64,000 bases of DNA. Source: Sphaerodactylus townsendi. Its lineage: Eukaryota. Below are positions 63,271-64,000 of the stretch, one piece after another. Every line of letters starts with the position of its first letter. The first letter of the stretch is position 1. The DNA lies in the NCBI RefSeq assembly GCF_021028975.2, contig NC_059426.1, positions 22,940,001 to 23,004,000 of the forward strand. Direction: 5' to 3'. Both the position numbers and the translations under genes were made by a program. The notes under the pieces were generated by a model. It was not told the origin of the DNA. It saw only the letters and a program-made list of their open reading frames with translations, and did no database searches.

Positions 63271-64000
63271 CTCCTCCTCCCTGCCCCCGGGTGAGTTTGA
63301 GAAAACATGGAGTCCTCTCTCCTGGAGTGCGGTGGTCCTGGTCCAAATTGAGTCCAGGCACCTGGGAACTGAATTACAACTTGGCACTCTCAGAGCTATC
63401 CTGGTTGACAAAGACCTCTGGTTGACCCATAAGCAATTTATTTCAATCATAGGAACTGGAGTCTTGTGTCTCCTGAAAAGGGCCAAATTTAGTTACAGGT
63501 TCCATTGGAATTATTAGTCAGACGATCCCTCTGCCATCTGTCGGGTAGGAAAGGAGAAACTGGGAACTCGGTTGAGCTCAACCTTTCCCTCACTTTCTTT
63601 TCCCATTAGGTAGTTATCCTATATCTAATACCAATGGGTAGCCTTTCCCTGCGGATCGAGTATATACGTGTCAGTCATTTCTAAATTGGCCCAGGTTTGC
63701 AGAAAAGACTGATCTTCTGCCTAATCAAGATGGGGATCCTTGCAACACTGGTAGTACCCTCTGGACTACAGCATATAGAAGAACATGATGGGTAGCTGGT
63801 CCCATTCCCATAATCGCCTCAAAGACACATGGGTTTGAGGTGGACCCCTGAGGATCTGGAATTGGCGCTAACGTTCTGTTATCCCTGGTGGCTCTCTTGT
63901 GAAAGTTCACATCTCAGAATGTTCTCATACGTACTAGTAGAAACTAGCAGAGGAAGCCGAGGATGGGAGTACATTATTTGTTCTTACTTTACTGTTTGTA

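Overview
Vertebrate genomic DNA. The repeat families point to a squamate reptile, probably a gecko (inferred, not confirmed). The window holds the 5' half of ITPRID2 (SSFA2/KRAP, an IP3-receptor-interacting protein) on the minus strand: a CpG-island promoter at about 61.1-62.4 kb and nine coding exons (61526 down to 8096). All nine have GT-AG boundaries and join in frame (1420 nt of CDS). I did not find exon 10, so it probably lies left of the window. The introns are dense with transposons: tRNA-derived SINEs, Sauria SINE, CR1/L2/L1/RTE fragments, hAT, Harbinger and Tc1/mariner-type MITEs with intact TSDs, a SPIN-like MITE and a non-autonomous Helitron. The main observation is a 529-bp non-coding insertion (33915-34443) with an 11-bp TSD, inside a SINE in intron 5, carrying an apparently complete type-I hammerhead ribozyme on the + strand. 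A second, decayed minimal hammerhead lies at about 14.2 kb. Most ORF-track entries are chance ORFs or repeat-derived. Repeat family names come from recall of consensus sequences, not from database searches.
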